A DNA stretch of 64,000 bases, taken from positions 1,216,001 through 1,280,000 of the forward strand of contig OZ223209.1 in assembly GCA_965140415.1 (NCBI GenBank), given 5' to 3'. The notes beneath the pieces are model-generated. The model had not been told where the DNA came from, searched no databases, and worked only from the letters and a program-made list of their open reading frames with translations. A program made the position numbers and the translations under genes. This DNA is from Myxococcota bacterium (lineage in GTDB: Bacteria; Myxococcota_A; SURF-8). This document shows, piece after piece, positions 10,123 through 19,863 of this stretch; positions within the stretch are counted from its first letter, which is position 1; every line of letters starts with the position of its first letter.

Positions 10123-11940
10123 TTACGGAGAGGAGCTTTTTAAAATGTCTCGGGTCTTTTTGAGGTAGGTTTCCAACTCCACCATGCGTTCCACGTCGTT
10201 GTTTTCCAGCGCGCTTTTGGCGTTATCCACCACGGAGTGAATTTTGCCCAGCGCCGCACGGCTTTTGTCGTTGGCGTCGAACTGACCTTCCAAGGCAGGC
10301 AGCACCGTTTCGATGTAGTAGATCATCGATTCCACGTTGGTGCGCACCCGGTTGAGCATATCGTCGTATTCCTGCTCCAGCGCGTATTCGCGATTGTCTT
10401 CGATCATGCCCTGGATTTCGGTATCGGTGAGATAGCTGTAGGCGCTAACGGTGATGGATTGCTGCTGGCTGGTGTCCATATCGCGGGCGCTGACTTTCAG
10501 GGTGCCGTCGGCGTCGAGATCGAAAAATACCTTGATGCGCGTTTCACCGCGAGGCGCGCGCTTGATGTCGCTCATGGTGAATTCGCCAAGCACCACGTTT
10601 TCTTCCACGTTTTCGCCATCGCCTTGCAGAATCACGATGCGCACGGCTTCCTGGAAATCCCGTTCGGTGGTAAAAATGTGGCTCTTGCTGATGGGAATGG
10701 GAGAGTCTTTACTGATGATCTCCTTGAAATAACCACCCGTAATGGCAATGCCCAATGAATGCGGTGTCAGATCCAGCAGCAACATGCTTTGCGATTTGGA
10801 TTCGATCAGCATGTTGCCTTGAATCGCTGCTCCCAATGCCACGGCCTCGTCCGGGTTCAGGCTTTTTTGAGGCGCATTCTGGAAGAATTCAGTTACGGCA
10901 TCTTGAACCAGCGGCATACGGGTTTGCCCGCCTACAAGCAGAATGGAATCGATTTCCTCTCGCCGCAACTGCGAGTCGCGCACGGCTTTGGAGCAGATAT
11001 CGATGGTTCGTTCGATCAGATCCTCGACCATCTCCTCTAAATCTTCCCGGCTCAGGGATTTCTGAAGATGCAGAGGTTGTTGCTGGCTGCTTGTGGCGAT
11101 AAACGGCAGGTTGATTTCCGTATCGTTGACGCTGGAGAGCGAAATCTTGGCGTTTTCTGCGGCGTCTTTGAGGCGTTGAATCGCCATCTTGTCGTCGCGC
11201 AGATCGATGCCGTGCTCCTGGTAGAATTCATCCAGCAGCCATTCCATGATGCGGCTGTCGAAATCTTCACCGCCCAAAAAGGTGTCGCCGTTACTGGTTA
11301 GAACTTCATATACACCGTCGTTGATTTCCAGAATCGAAATATCGAAGGTACCGCCACCCAGATCGTAGATGGCGATTTTCTTGTTCGTGATTTTACCGTA
11401 ACCATAGGCCAGCGCGGCGGCGGTCGGTTCGTTGATAATACGAATGACATCCAATCCGGCAATGGTTCCGGCATCTTTGGTGGATTGCCGTTGCGGATCT
11501 TTGAAGTAGGCCGGAACGGTGATCACCGCTTTGTCTACCGTCTGGCCGACGTGTTCTTCGGCCACTTTTCGCATTTCAGCCAATACCATCGCCTGGATTT
11601 CAGGGATGGAATAGACTTTATTCTGCAACTTGATGCGAATGTCCTTGTTTGGTCCCTCGACCATTTCGAAAGGACAACTGATCTGTGCAGACTGAACGAT
11701 GGGAGACTCGAAAGAGCGCCCGATATAGCGCTTGGCCGCAAAAACGGTATTGGTTGGATTGGTAATGGCCTGTCGTTTGGCAGCATATCCGATCAGTCGT
11801 TTGCCGCTGGGTGTAATCGCGACAACCGAAGGAGTGATCTTGTATCCTGACTTGTTTGGGATGACCTTGGGAACTCCGTCGTCGATAAAGGCCACGCAGG
11901 AGTTGGTCGTTCCAAGATCGATACCAATCACGATGCTCAT
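10123..11940 (-). CDS. dnaK: Hsp70/DnaK-family chaperone (paralog, short C-terminus)
   Basis: [49 protein letters not shown]. Confidence 0.92.
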   Translation of the reverse strand: MSIVIGIDLGTTNSCVAFIDDGVPKVIPNKSGYKITPSVVAITPSGKRLIGYAAKRQAITNPTNTVFAAKRYIGRSFESPIVQSAQISCPFEMVEGPNKDIRIKLQNKVYSIPEIQAMVLAEMRKVAEEHVGQTVDKAVITVPAYFKDPQRQSTKDAGTIAGLDVIRIINEPTAAALAYGYGKITNKKIAIYDLGGGTFDISILEINDGVYEVLTSNGDTFLGGEDFDSRIMEWLLDEFYQEHGIDLRDDKMAIQRLKDAAENAKISLSSVNDTEINLPFIATSSQQQPLHLQKSLSREDLEEMVEDLIERTIDICSKAVRDSQLRREEIDSILLVGGQTRMPLVQDAVTEFFQNAPQKSLNPDEAVALGAAIQGNMLIESKSQSMLLLDLTPHSLGIAITGGYFKEIISKDSPIPISKSHIFTTERDFQEAVRIVILQGDGENVEENVVLGEFTMSDIKRAPRGETRIKVFFDLDADGTLKVSARDMDTSQQQSITVSAYSYLTDTEIQGMIEDNREYALEQEYDDMLNRVRTNVESMIYYIETVLPALEGQFDANDKSRAALGKIHSVVDNAKSALENNDVERMVELETYLKKTRDILKSSSP

Positions 11941-11994
11941 ATCTAATTGAGCCTCCACCTAAGAAGAAACAAGGCCGCAATACTCAACAAGCGA

Positions 11995-13269
11995 TTAGAA
12001 CCACTTTTTCGCTTCCTTGAGTTGACTTTTGGCCAATTCGTTTTTTGGATCTACTTCAAGTGCGGCCTCGAACTGCTTAGCGGCCTCATCCTTTTTTCGC
12101 AATCTTAACAGGATTTGTCCAAACAACAAACGATATTCTACATTTTTTGGATCCGATTGCACCGCACGCTTTGCGAACGGCTGTGCATCATCCCAATCCA
12201 TCTGATCGGCATAATGACGTGCGACCTTGATATTGTATTCGGCACCGGATGGGTAAATCTGAACCGCTTTTAGAAAAGCTTCCAAATAGCCGTCCTGACC
12301 GTAGGATTCCAATACCAGGCCTCTTTGATAAAATCTCTCGGCGGTGGCCTTTTCCGCGTTGTCGCGTACCTGCTCCAGTTTCAGCTTGTACAACTCGTTG
12401 TGAGCGTCGAATGAAATGGCCAGCTTCAGATTGCTGGCGGCGGAAAGCCAGGATTCTTTGGAAATATCATGCAGCGCGGCCTCGTAAAACTCGCGCGCTT
12501 TCTTGACCCGTTCCATCAATGGATTGCGGCTGGCGCGGCGTTGCCTGAATTCTTTTTTACGCCGCTGCTCGCGCTTGACCGGATCCTCCATAATATCTTC
12601 TTCACTCTGCTCGATTTCACCTTTCTCGATCAATTCGCGTCGGTATTCTCTGTGTTCCACCGAGTCCATCAGAAGATTGTGAGCTTCGGAGAACCGGTTG
12701 TAGATGCGTTTGATCTTTTCTCCAAAGGAACCAAGTTCTTTTCTGAAATAATTGTCCGGATGATAGCGTTTGGATAGTTTCAGGAATTGAGTTTTAACGG
12801 CTGCTGGATCTGCACTCGATTTTAAACCGAGAATCTCATAATGATTCATGTGTTCAAGGTTTTCGAAAAGATAGAGAATTTCCTTTTTGAAATTTTCATC
12901 CAGTTCAACATCTTCCTGTAACTGCGTCAGATCGAAAATGAATCCACCAAACTTGTAAGGCTTTAATACGCTTTCGGAAACTTCCTCTTCAACCTTGGGC
13001 AACGGGGTGATCTTGCCAGAGGATTTTTCGTTTTCCGAGGAGCCTTTTTCCTGGTCTTGAATCTCTAGAATGCCTTCATCCGCCAGTTTCTTGATAATCG
13101 TGGCCGTAGCGGATTTGTCCAGCAGGCTTAGAAGGTATATTTCACGAACGGTGATTGGCTGCGATATTCTGGAAAGAATGTAACCTTCCTGGGGGGAAAG
13201 TTCCAGATTAAGGATATCTACACCAGGTCGAACGCGAAGAACTGTGTCATCGTGGATGATTTTAGACAT
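11995..13269 (-). CDS. J-domain plus TPR co-chaperone
   Basis: HYEILGL...KRYHPD J-domain; C-terminal TPR-like helices; directly upstream of the Hsp70. Confidence 0.88.
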   Translation of the reverse strand: MSKIIHDDTVLRVRPGVDILNLELSPQEGYILSRISQPITVREIYLLSLLDKSATATIIKKLADEGILEIQDQEKGSSENEKSSGKITPLPKVEEEVSESVLKPYKFGGFIFDLTQLQEDVELDENFKKEILYLFENLEHMNHYEILGLKSSADPAAVKTQFLKLSKRYHPDNYFRKELGSFGEKIKRIYNRFSEAHNLLMDSVEHREYRRELIEKGEIEQSEEDIMEDPVKREQRRKKEFRQRRASRNPLMERVKKAREFYEAALHDISKESWLSAASNLKLAISFDAHNELYKLKLEQVRDNAEKATAERFYQRGLVLESYGQDGYLEAFLKAVQIYPSGAEYNIKVARHYADQMDWDDAQPFAKRAVQSDPKNVEYRLLFGQILLRLRKKDEAAKQFEAALEVDPKNELAKSQLKEAKKWF

Positions 13270-13585
13270 CAAGATCTATCTATTCATAAAGTTTTTCGAT
13301 TTAAAACGCACTACCATCTTGGGATTCATCCTTTCCGGAATTATGCTTCATTAGGTCTATAATGTCAAGGAAATCAAGGGATTCCTCGTTTTGTACGGCT
13401 GAATGCATTTCGGGTTCATCCTGAATCCCGGCAACCTGCAATGCATTTCCTGTTCTGTTGACTCGAAAAGTTGCAGATTCCTACAATCCTAGTTGATATT
13501 CTTGACCATCGAAACTCAATTTTGGTATGATGCGCAATCGCTGAAGGAAGTCATGAGATGCAATCTGATTGGGGAGATTAGAATA

Positions 13586-14449
13586 ATGAAGAAATCCGTA
13601 GTGTTTATCGCTTTGTTGTGTTGGGGGCTATTGAGTTGCGGGATCGGATGGGCTCAAGCCGAAAAGGAAAAACCGACTGAAGGTGACGCTCCGGCTCAAG
13701 CGGCAGCGCCATCCGCCGAGCAGGCCAAGCCGGCAGAAGAGGTCAAAACGCAATCCGTTGTCGATAAAGGGAAAGAACTGCTCAAGAAATCGGATGATTT
13801 ATGGCAAAAACGGCAAAAATCGGGTTGGGCGATGAAGTCTATCAAAGCCGCAGAAAAAGCCATGACATTCGACGCGGACGAGTTCGAGTGTCAGTGGCGT
13901 GTGGCGCGTGGTTGTTTCTGGGTGGCGGAGCGCAACCCGGATAGCAAGATAAAGGAATCCTTTGGGAAAAAGGGTTGGATTGCCGGGCAGAAAGCCGCCG
14001 AATTGCAGCCGCAGCGGGTTGAAGGCTGGTTCTGGGGCGTGGTTTCGCTGGGGCAGTATTCTACCGGCATTGGCCTCATGCGCGCCTTTTTCAAAGGAAT
14101 TGCAAGCGACTTCGAGAAAATGAACGAAAAGGCGATCAAGCTGGATGGAAAATATGAAATGGGTGGCCCGCTACGCTCTTACGGTCGCTACTGGTTCAGC
14201 GTTCCATCCGTCAAGCGGGATCTGGATCGATCCGAAAAATTGCTGAAGCAGTCGATTGCCGCTGCACCCAAAAAGCTGCGGACGCATTTCTACCTGGCGG
14301 AAACCTATCTTGAAAACGACAAGAAGGATCTGGCCAAGCAGGAACTGGAACTGTGCTTGAAACTCGATCCCAAAGCGGAAGAATACGCCGATGGCATCAT
14401 CTTCAAGAAGGATTGCCAGGCGCTATATGATAAGGAATTCAAGAAGTAG
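13586..14449 (+). CDS. Secreted TPR-like helical protein
   Basis: Signal peptide ...GWAQA; TPR-like repeats (AIKLDGKY, HFYLAETYL, CLKLDP). Confidence 0.7.
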   Translation: MKKSVVFIALLCWGLLSCGIGWAQAEKEKPTEGDAPAQAAAPSAEQAKPAEEVKTQSVVDKGKELLKKSDDLWQKRQKSGWAMKSIKAAEKAMTFDADEFECQWRVARGCFWVAERNPDSKIKESFGKKGWIAGQKAAELQPQRVEGWFWGVVSLGQYSTGIGLMRAFFKGIASDFEKMNEKAIKLDGKYEMGGPLRSYGRYWFSVPSVKRDLDRSEKLLKQSIAAAPKKLRTHFYLAETYLENDKKDLAKQELELCLKLDPKAEEYADGIIFKKDCQALYDKEFKK

Positions 14450-14542
14450 GTTTCATTATCTGCTTCGGATGATCTAAAAAACCTTTGGTCGTTTCTTTGT
14501 ACCGGGGGTACAATCGCGGCATGCAGGAGGCGAAAGCACCGG

Positions 14543-15274
14543 ATGCGTATCGGTATACTCTCGGACATACACAGTAACCTCGAAGCCTTGCAGGTTGTAC
14601 TGGAAACCATGTCCCATCTTAAGGTGGATCGATACATCTGCCTGGGGGATCTGGTCGGGTATGGCGCAAGCCCCAATGAAGTTGTCGATTTGATTCGGCC
14701 ATTGGTGGATTATACCATCATGGGCAATCACGATGCGGCGGTGGCGGGCTTTATGGATTACGAGTATTACTACGACTCCGCCCGCGAAGCGTTGGACTGG
14801 ACTCGCGAAACACTGACTCCCGAAAACATGGAATACCTGAAAGGCATGCCGTATTTCCGTTTGGAAGGCGATGCCCAGTTCGTGCACGGGGAGCCGATGC
14901 GCCCGGAATTGTTCAATTATCTCTATACACTTGACCATGCAAGAAATTTGCACTCGCATTTCAACGCCATCCGCAAAGTCACCTTTGTGGGACATTCGCA
15001 TTTGCGCCGCGTCTACGAATTATCGGAGACAGAGGTAACCGAACTGCCGGTCGAGAACCTTTCCTTCAAACAAGACAAGAAATACGCCATCGCCATCGGA
15101 TCGGTTGGGCAGCCCCGCGATTACGATCCCCGCGCCTGCTTCGTGATTTTCGATCCGGATATCATGCGCACGGAGTTCTATCGTGTCGAATACGATGTCG
15201 ATCAAGCCGCCGAAAAAATTCTTCAGGCCGGATTGCCGGAATACTTTGCCAGTCGGTTGTATAGCGGGGCCTAG
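14543..15274 (+). CDS. Calcineurin-like metallophosphoesterase
   Basis: SDIHSN, GDLVGYG, GNHD, VHG, GHSH, GSVGQPRD. Confidence 0.92.
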   Translation: MRIGILSDIHSNLEALQVVLETMSHLKVDRYICLGDLVGYGASPNEVVDLIRPLVDYTIMGNHDAAVAGFMDYEYYYDSAREALDWTRETLTPENMEYLKGMPYFRLEGDAQFVHGEPMRPELFNYLYTLDHARNLHSHFNAIRKVTFVGHSHLRRVYELSETEVTELPVENLSFKQDKKYAIAIGSVGQPRDYDPRACFVIFDPDIMRTEFYRVEYDVDQAAEKILQAGLPEYFASRLYSGA

Positions 15275-15951
15275 TGACACGCTCGGTAACTTGGGAATAT
15301 CTCGGGGAATCTTCCGTTGTAGACGCTCACCAGCGCATGGCCTTGCGAGCACAGACCGTACAAGAAGACGAACGCACCATTGGCTGGCTGCAACTGCAAC
15401 AACACCCACCGACCTTCACCTTGGGACGTCGTCCCAATGAGAACAACCTGCATGTCGATACAAGCACATTGACCGATTTGGGTTTCGAGGTCGTTCAAAC
15501 CGACCGTGGGGGATTGGTGACCTATCACGGGCCGGGGCAGTTGGTGGTATATCCGATTGTCCACCTGGGCCGACTGGCTTGTCCGCGCATCCCGGATTTC
15601 GTGTCTAAACTGGAAACGGTGATGATCGAGCTTTGTGCGTTGGCGGGAATTTCCGCTTCACGCATGGACGGCTTTCCCGGTGTCTGGGTCGGTGAAGAAA
15701 AGATCGGTGCGATCGGTCTGCATGTCTCCAACCAGGTCGTGACACATGGATTCGCGTTGAATCTCGCGCCGGATCTGGGACACTATCAGTACATCACGCC
15801 CTGCGGTATCCTTGGAAAAGGCGTGACATCTTTTCAAAAACTCGGTAAGACAATACCCATGCGCCAGGCTGTAGAACACGCGGTTCGGCTGTTCGGGGAG
15901 GTGTTCCACATCGAGATGGTTGCAGCGGAGAAATCGAACGACTCTATTTAA
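15274..15951 (+). CDS. lipB: Lipoyl(octanoyl) transferase
   Basis: QHPPTFTLG, RGGLVTYHGPGQLVVYP, KIGAIG, HGFALN, PCG. Confidence 0.93.
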   Translation: MTRSVTWEYLGESSVVDAHQRMALRAQTVQEDERTIGWLQLQQHPPTFTLGRRPNENNLHVDTSTLTDLGFEVVQTDRGGLVTYHGPGQLVVYPIVHLGRLACPRIPDFVSKLETVMIELCALAGISASRMDGFPGVWVGEEKIGAIGLHVSNQVVTHGFALNLAPDLGHYQYITPCGILGKGVTSFQKLGKTIPMRQAVEHAVRLFGEVFHIEMVAAEKSNDSI

Positions 15952-15963
15952 AAGGAAAAATCA

Positions 15964-16611
15964 ATGATGCGTTCCAGGTTCCCTTTGCATGTTTTCGTGT
16001 TTGTGTTTGCTACTTTGCTTTTAATCAGCGCCTGCGTGACTGGCGATAAAAAAGCCGACAAAAACCCCGCTACCGATGCGCCTCGTAAGCAGCAGGCCCA
16101 AAAGGACCAACTGGATGGTTTCGGTACGCGCAGCCTATCAACCTTTCTGCCGCTGAATCTTGGCAATACCTGGGTGTATCGTCGCTCGTTTTTGGGGGAA
16201 ACGGGGCAACTGACCGTAACGATAGAGAAAAAAGACGAGCAGGGCTTCTATGTAGACAGCCAGGGCGGACGTTTCAAAATTACCAGCCTGGGCATTCGCG
16301 ACGACAATCGCTTTTTGATTATCCCGCCGACGGAAAAGGGAACCCGCTGGCAGGCCCAGGTGGCGCCCAACATTGCGGAGCATTTTGAAATTACGGAAGA
16401 CAATCAAACGGTGACGGTTCCTGCCGGCAGCTATGAACATTGTCTGGTGGTGCAATCCACTACGCGGCTGGATGCCAACACCCGCATGGTCATCACCGTG
16501 ACCTATGCGCCCAAGGTCGGGATTATCCGCAGCGAAACCCGCATGGAAAACAACCAGCGCCGGGTTGCCAACCAGGTCGTGCTGGAACTGGAATCCTACC
16601 AATTCCCCTAG
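15964..16611 (+). CDS. Hypothetical lipoprotein
   Basis: Lipobox ISAC; FLPLNLGNTWVY, VTVPAGSY and YAPKVGII motifs typical of a beta-rich lipoprotein family. Confidence 0.75.
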   Translation: MMRSRFPLHVFVFVFATLLLISACVTGDKKADKNPATDAPRKQQAQKDQLDGFGTRSLSTFLPLNLGNTWVYRRSFLGETGQLTVTIEKKDEQGFYVDSQGGRFKITSLGIRDDNRFLIIPPTEKGTRWQAQVAPNIAEHFEITEDNQTVTVPAGSYEHCLVVQSTTRLDANTRMVITVTYAPKVGIIRSETRMENNQRRVANQVVLELESYQFP

Positions 16612-16640
16612 TGAGATCAGTGGTTTGTTTTAATTCGGGT

Positions 16641-16704
16641 ATGTCGGACAAATATTTTGTCCGACATAAATCGGATTGTCGGTCAGAAAATCTGACCGAC
16701 CTAC
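16641..16704. repeat. REP-like palindrome pair
   Basis: ATGTCGGACAAATATTTTGTCCGACAT and GTCGGTCAGAAAATCTGACCGACCTAC (GTAG end on the minus strand); related to 9701-9816. Confidence 0.75.
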
Positions 16705-16746
16705 AGGGTAGGAATTATACCAATATCCCAAGTGATATCAGTGGAT

Positions 16747-16788
16747 TATATACGGTGATAGCCGCTGTGCTTATTCTTTCGGCGGGTC
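16747..16788. repeat. 42-bp direct repeat, copy 1 (copy 2 at 17619..17660)
   Basis: TATATACGGTGATAGCCGCTGTGCTTATTCTTTCGGCGGGTC; 40/42 identical to copy 2. Confidence 0.9.
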
Positions 16789-17115
16789 GGGAATGAGTGG
16801 CTCTAACTGTGCGATCAGGGCGGGAATTTGTTCTTGTACCGTGACCCATACCTGTTCATTATCGACACCATCGTAAAAATGGATTAGTTTGTCCCTCATT
16901 CCGGCGATTTTCTTCCATGGGACTTGAACCTGCTTTTCCCTAAAATCCGCGCTTAAGCGTTTTACCGCTTCTCCCATGACCATGATCTGGTGCAGGACGG
17001 CGTGCACGGTCTTGTCGTCATTGATGAATGTGTCGTAATCGAGACCGTCTACGTATCTCAATATGTTGTGAGCGCAATGCCAGATATCCGTTAGGGTCGC
17101 ATCATCCCGATACAT
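16771..17115 (-). CDS. HEPN/DUF86 RNase toxin (HepT-like)
   Basis: GEAVKRLS, PWKKIAGMRDKLIHFYD (RX4HXY motif). Confidence 0.9.
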   Translation of the reverse strand: MYRDDATLTDIWHCAHNILRYVDGLDYDTFINDDKTVHAVLHQIMVMGEAVKRLSADFREKQVQVPWKKIAGMRDKLIHFYDGVDNEQVWVTVQEQIPALIAQLEPLIPDPPKE

Positions 17116-17419
17116 GGTATGGCTCCACCGATTCCAGGATGGCCTTTTTTCGGAATGGATTTTTAGACATTTCGATGCTGCGCCGGGTGACCAGATCGAC
17201 CTCCCGCCCGATGATTTCCTTTAACTCGTCTGTCATATCTACCAGTTCAAACAATCCCCATCCAGAATTCGGTGCAAAGGATACCATCACATCCACATCG
17301 GAATCGGGACCGAAGCGATCCGTCAGGACGGAACCGAACAAGGAGAACTCAGTCACCTTCCATTTGGCGCACCATTCGACGATTTTGTCTTTTGGTAGTT
17401 GCATCCGGGGTTCGGACAT
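17102..17419 (-). CDS. Minimal nucleotidyltransferase antitoxin (MntA-like)
   Basis: LFGSVLTDRFGPDSDVDV (GSX10DXD), GREVDLV; overlaps the HEPN start. Confidence 0.9.
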   Translation of the reverse strand: MSEPRMQLPKDKIVEWCAKWKVTEFSLFGSVLTDRFGPDSDVDVMVSFAPNSGWGLFELVDMTDELKEIIGREVDLVTRRSIEMSKNPFRKKAILESVEPYHVSG

Positions 17420-17618
17420 CGTTTGCCTCCTAAGCTTGAAAACCATTATATCATCAAGAATCGACCGCCGCAACGACTCTTGAAAATGGGAAAATTATGG
17501 AGATTTCAAGAATGGAGCTGATGGCAAGTATTCCCCTTTGCCGGTTCGGGGTGTTCCGACCAAGAAGACAAATTCAGGGAGCAGGACGTGAGCCCTGCTC
17601 CTGCGTAAATAACCAGTA

Positions 17619-17660
17619 TATATACGGTGATCGCCGCTGTGGTTATTCTTTCGGCGGGTC
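17619..17660. repeat. 42-bp direct repeat, copy 2
   Basis: TATATACGGTGATCGCCGCTGTGGTTATTCTTTCGGCGGGTC, spans the ktrA stop codon. Confidence 0.9.
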
Positions 17661-18326
17661 TTGTTCGCCAAGCTTGAAAATATCGTCTTCCTTGCCGATG
17701 ACGACTAGCACGTCTTCCGGGCGGATTGTGTATTCCGGTTCGGGCATGAACAGAAAGGTGCCCTGATCGGATTGCTTGACGGCGATGATAAAGACTCCGA
17801 AGCGTTTGCGCAGGTTCAATTCAATCAGTGTTTTGCCATGAGTGAAAACCGGAGCAGTCAAATCCATGACCCGGTAGTCCTGCTCGATGGGGAAGAAATC
17901 GATCAAATTCGGATTTAGAATCTGTGCGGCGACGCGGGTTGCGGTGTCGCGTTCCGGGAAAACGACATCCGTTGCGCCGACCGCCGTTAGAATCGAGGCG
18001 TGATCTTCGTTCGTGGCTTTGACCCGAATGGTTTCGATGCCGATCTGCTTGAGATGTAGCGTACACAGCACGCTGGCTTCAAGCGATTCCCCCATACTGA
18101 CGATAGCCTCATCAAAGTCCGCCGTGACCACCGCTTTCAAACTCGCCAGATCTCTGGCGTTCATGCACACCGCCCGCTGAACCTGATCCGCGATGCTGTC
18201 CACGCGCGGCTTGCTTTGATCGATGGCCAGAACTTCCGCATGTTTGGCAAGATCGCGGGCGATCTGTCCGCCGAACTGCCCAAGACCGATAACGGCGATC
18301 TGCTTCCGTTTTCTGTTATGTTTCAT
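17643..18326 (-). CDS. ktrA: KtrA/TrkA-family K+ uptake regulatory (RCK) subunit
   Basis: IAVIGLGQFGG Rossmann motif, VVFPERD, C-terminal RCK_C; ATG 18326 overlaps the ktrB stop. Confidence 0.9.
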   Translation of the reverse strand: MKHNRKRKQIAVIGLGQFGGQIARDLAKHAEVLAIDQSKPRVDSIADQVQRAVCMNARDLASLKAVVTADFDEAIVSMGESLEASVLCTLHLKQIGIETIRVKATNEDHASILTAVGATDVVFPERDTATRVAAQILNPNLIDFFPIEQDYRVMDLTAPVFTHGKTLIELNLRKRFGVFIIAVKQSDQGTFLFMPEPEYTIRPEDVLVVIGKEDDIFKLGEQDPPKE

Positions 18327-19672
18327 CCGATCATTACCTTTCCTTCCGGATAGCCGATTCGTTCCTTGCCCATGGGAATCGCCCAGAATGCCAGCGTCAA
18401 CGGTCCAAGCCGCCCGATGAACATCGTCAGAACGATCCAGAGTTGGCCTTCCACACTTAATTGAGGCGTCACGCCGGTAGATAGTCCTACGGTGGCAAAG
18501 GCCGAAATCTGTTCGAACAGCAGGCTTTCCAAATTCGCACCGGGAAGGGCGTGTTCGCTGATAAGGAGAAACAGCGTACCCAGTACATTCCAGATCAGCG
18601 CCAGGCCCATTAAAATAGAGACGCGACGCACGATGTCCACCGGCACGGAGCGTCCGAAAATGACGGTGTCGCTGCGCCCCATCAGGCGGCACTTCAGGCG
18701 AGCCAGCCAGATCGCGGTCGTGGTGGTTTTGATGCCTCCCGCGCAGGAACCGGGAGAGCCACCTACAAACATGAGAATACACATGAAAAACAGGCTGGCC
18801 AGCGGCAGTCGCCCGATCTCGACGGTGTTGAACCCCGCCGTACGCGCCGTCACGGATTGAAACAGAGCGCCCCAGAGACGATCTCCGAAGCCGCTTTCAT
18901 CCGGCGTCATGCCCAAGAGCAGCAGGGCAAGCGCACCGCCGAAAAGCAACACGCCCGAAGCAAGGAATACGATCTTGCTATGGTGGCTCAATGTAATCCG
19001 CGCGGCATCTCGTTTTCGTCTGAAAAAGCCCAGAAATTCGGTCAACGTGAGATGTCCGATGCCGCCCAGCACGATCAACAGCATGATAACGATTACCACG
19101 CCTTTATTGTCTCTCAAGCCGAGCAGGCTGTCAGAATACAGTGAAAATCCGGCATTGCAGAAGGCGGAAACGGAGTGGAACAGCGCCGATCCCAGAACAT
19201 TCAGAGCCGGTCTGTCATGCGGCAGGAAAACAAAGAGCAGCAGTGCGCCCAGGGCTTCTATCGAAAAAGTGAGGATCAGGATACGTTTGAAAAGCGAGTA
19301 GAACTGGTCGGCGGCGTCGCGCTGCAAAAAAGTGTCGGCCAGTGCCGCCTGGGAAGTCAAGGTCAAGCGTCCACCGAGGATTAAAATCGCCAGCCCGGCA
19401 AAGGTCATTACACCAAGTCCGCCGATCTGAATCAGTAGCAGAATCACCGTTTGGCCGAACAGGCTGAAGTCGGTTCCGGTATCCACGACGGCCAGGCCCG
19501 TCACACAGACGGCGGAAGTGGCGGTGAACAGGGCATCCAGCACGCCGACGCGATTCGTTTGATGCGCCCAGGGCAGGGAAAGCAGGAAGGTGCCCAGCCC
19601 GATCAACCCGGCGAAACCCGAGATCAATAAAGCTTGCGGCGACCCGACGAAAAATCGTTTGAAACCTGCCAT
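18323..19672 (-). CDS. ktrB: KtrB/TrkH-family K+ uptake membrane subunit
   Basis: SAVCVTGL, SAFCNAGF, TARTAGF, SAFATVGLS pore loops; MFIGRLGPLT. Confidence 0.93.
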   Translation of the reverse strand: MAGFKRFFVGSPQALLISGFAGLIGLGTFLLSLPWAHQTNRVGVLDALFTATSAVCVTGLAVVDTGTDFSLFGQTVILLLIQIGGLGVMTFAGLAILILGGRLTLTSQAALADTFLQRDAADQFYSLFKRILILTFSIEALGALLLFVFLPHDRPALNVLGSALFHSVSAFCNAGFSLYSDSLLGLRDNKGVVIVIMLLIVLGGIGHLTLTEFLGFFRRKRDAARITLSHHSKIVFLASGVLLFGGALALLLLGMTPDESGFGDRLWGALFQSVTARTAGFNTVEIGRLPLASLFFMCILMFVGGSPGSCAGGIKTTTTAIWLARLKCRLMGRSDTVIFGRSVPVDIVRRVSILMGLALIWNVLGTLFLLISEHALPGANLESLLFEQISAFATVGLSTGVTPQLSVEGQLWIVLTMFIGRLGPLTLAFWAIPMGKERIGYPEGKVMIG

Positions 19673-19765
19673 CTACCGTCTTTCCGAATGCTTTTAGGAA
19701 ATGGATGGATCGTCTGTTTAAACCGCTAGAGTCGAAAGTTTATTCCATAACTGGTATTATGCAAC

Positions 19766-19841
19766 AGGAGCAGGACGGGAGCCCTGCTCCTGCGTAAGGG
19801 AATCCCATAATGTTGGAGCAAAGCTCCTGTCTCGCTCCAAC
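19766..19841. repeat. REP-like palindromes (related copy at 17577-17608)
   Basis: AGGAGCAGGACGGGAGCCCTGCTCCTGCGTAA and GTTGGAGCAAAGCTCCTGTCTCGCTCCAAC. Confidence 0.75.
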
Positions 19842-19863
19842 ATACGGTCCGTGTATGGATCTT

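Noticed and set aside
18327-18782. N-terminal extension of the 379-aa ORF 17643..18782
   Set aside because: Overlaps ktrB in another frame; the real KtrA start is ATG 18326
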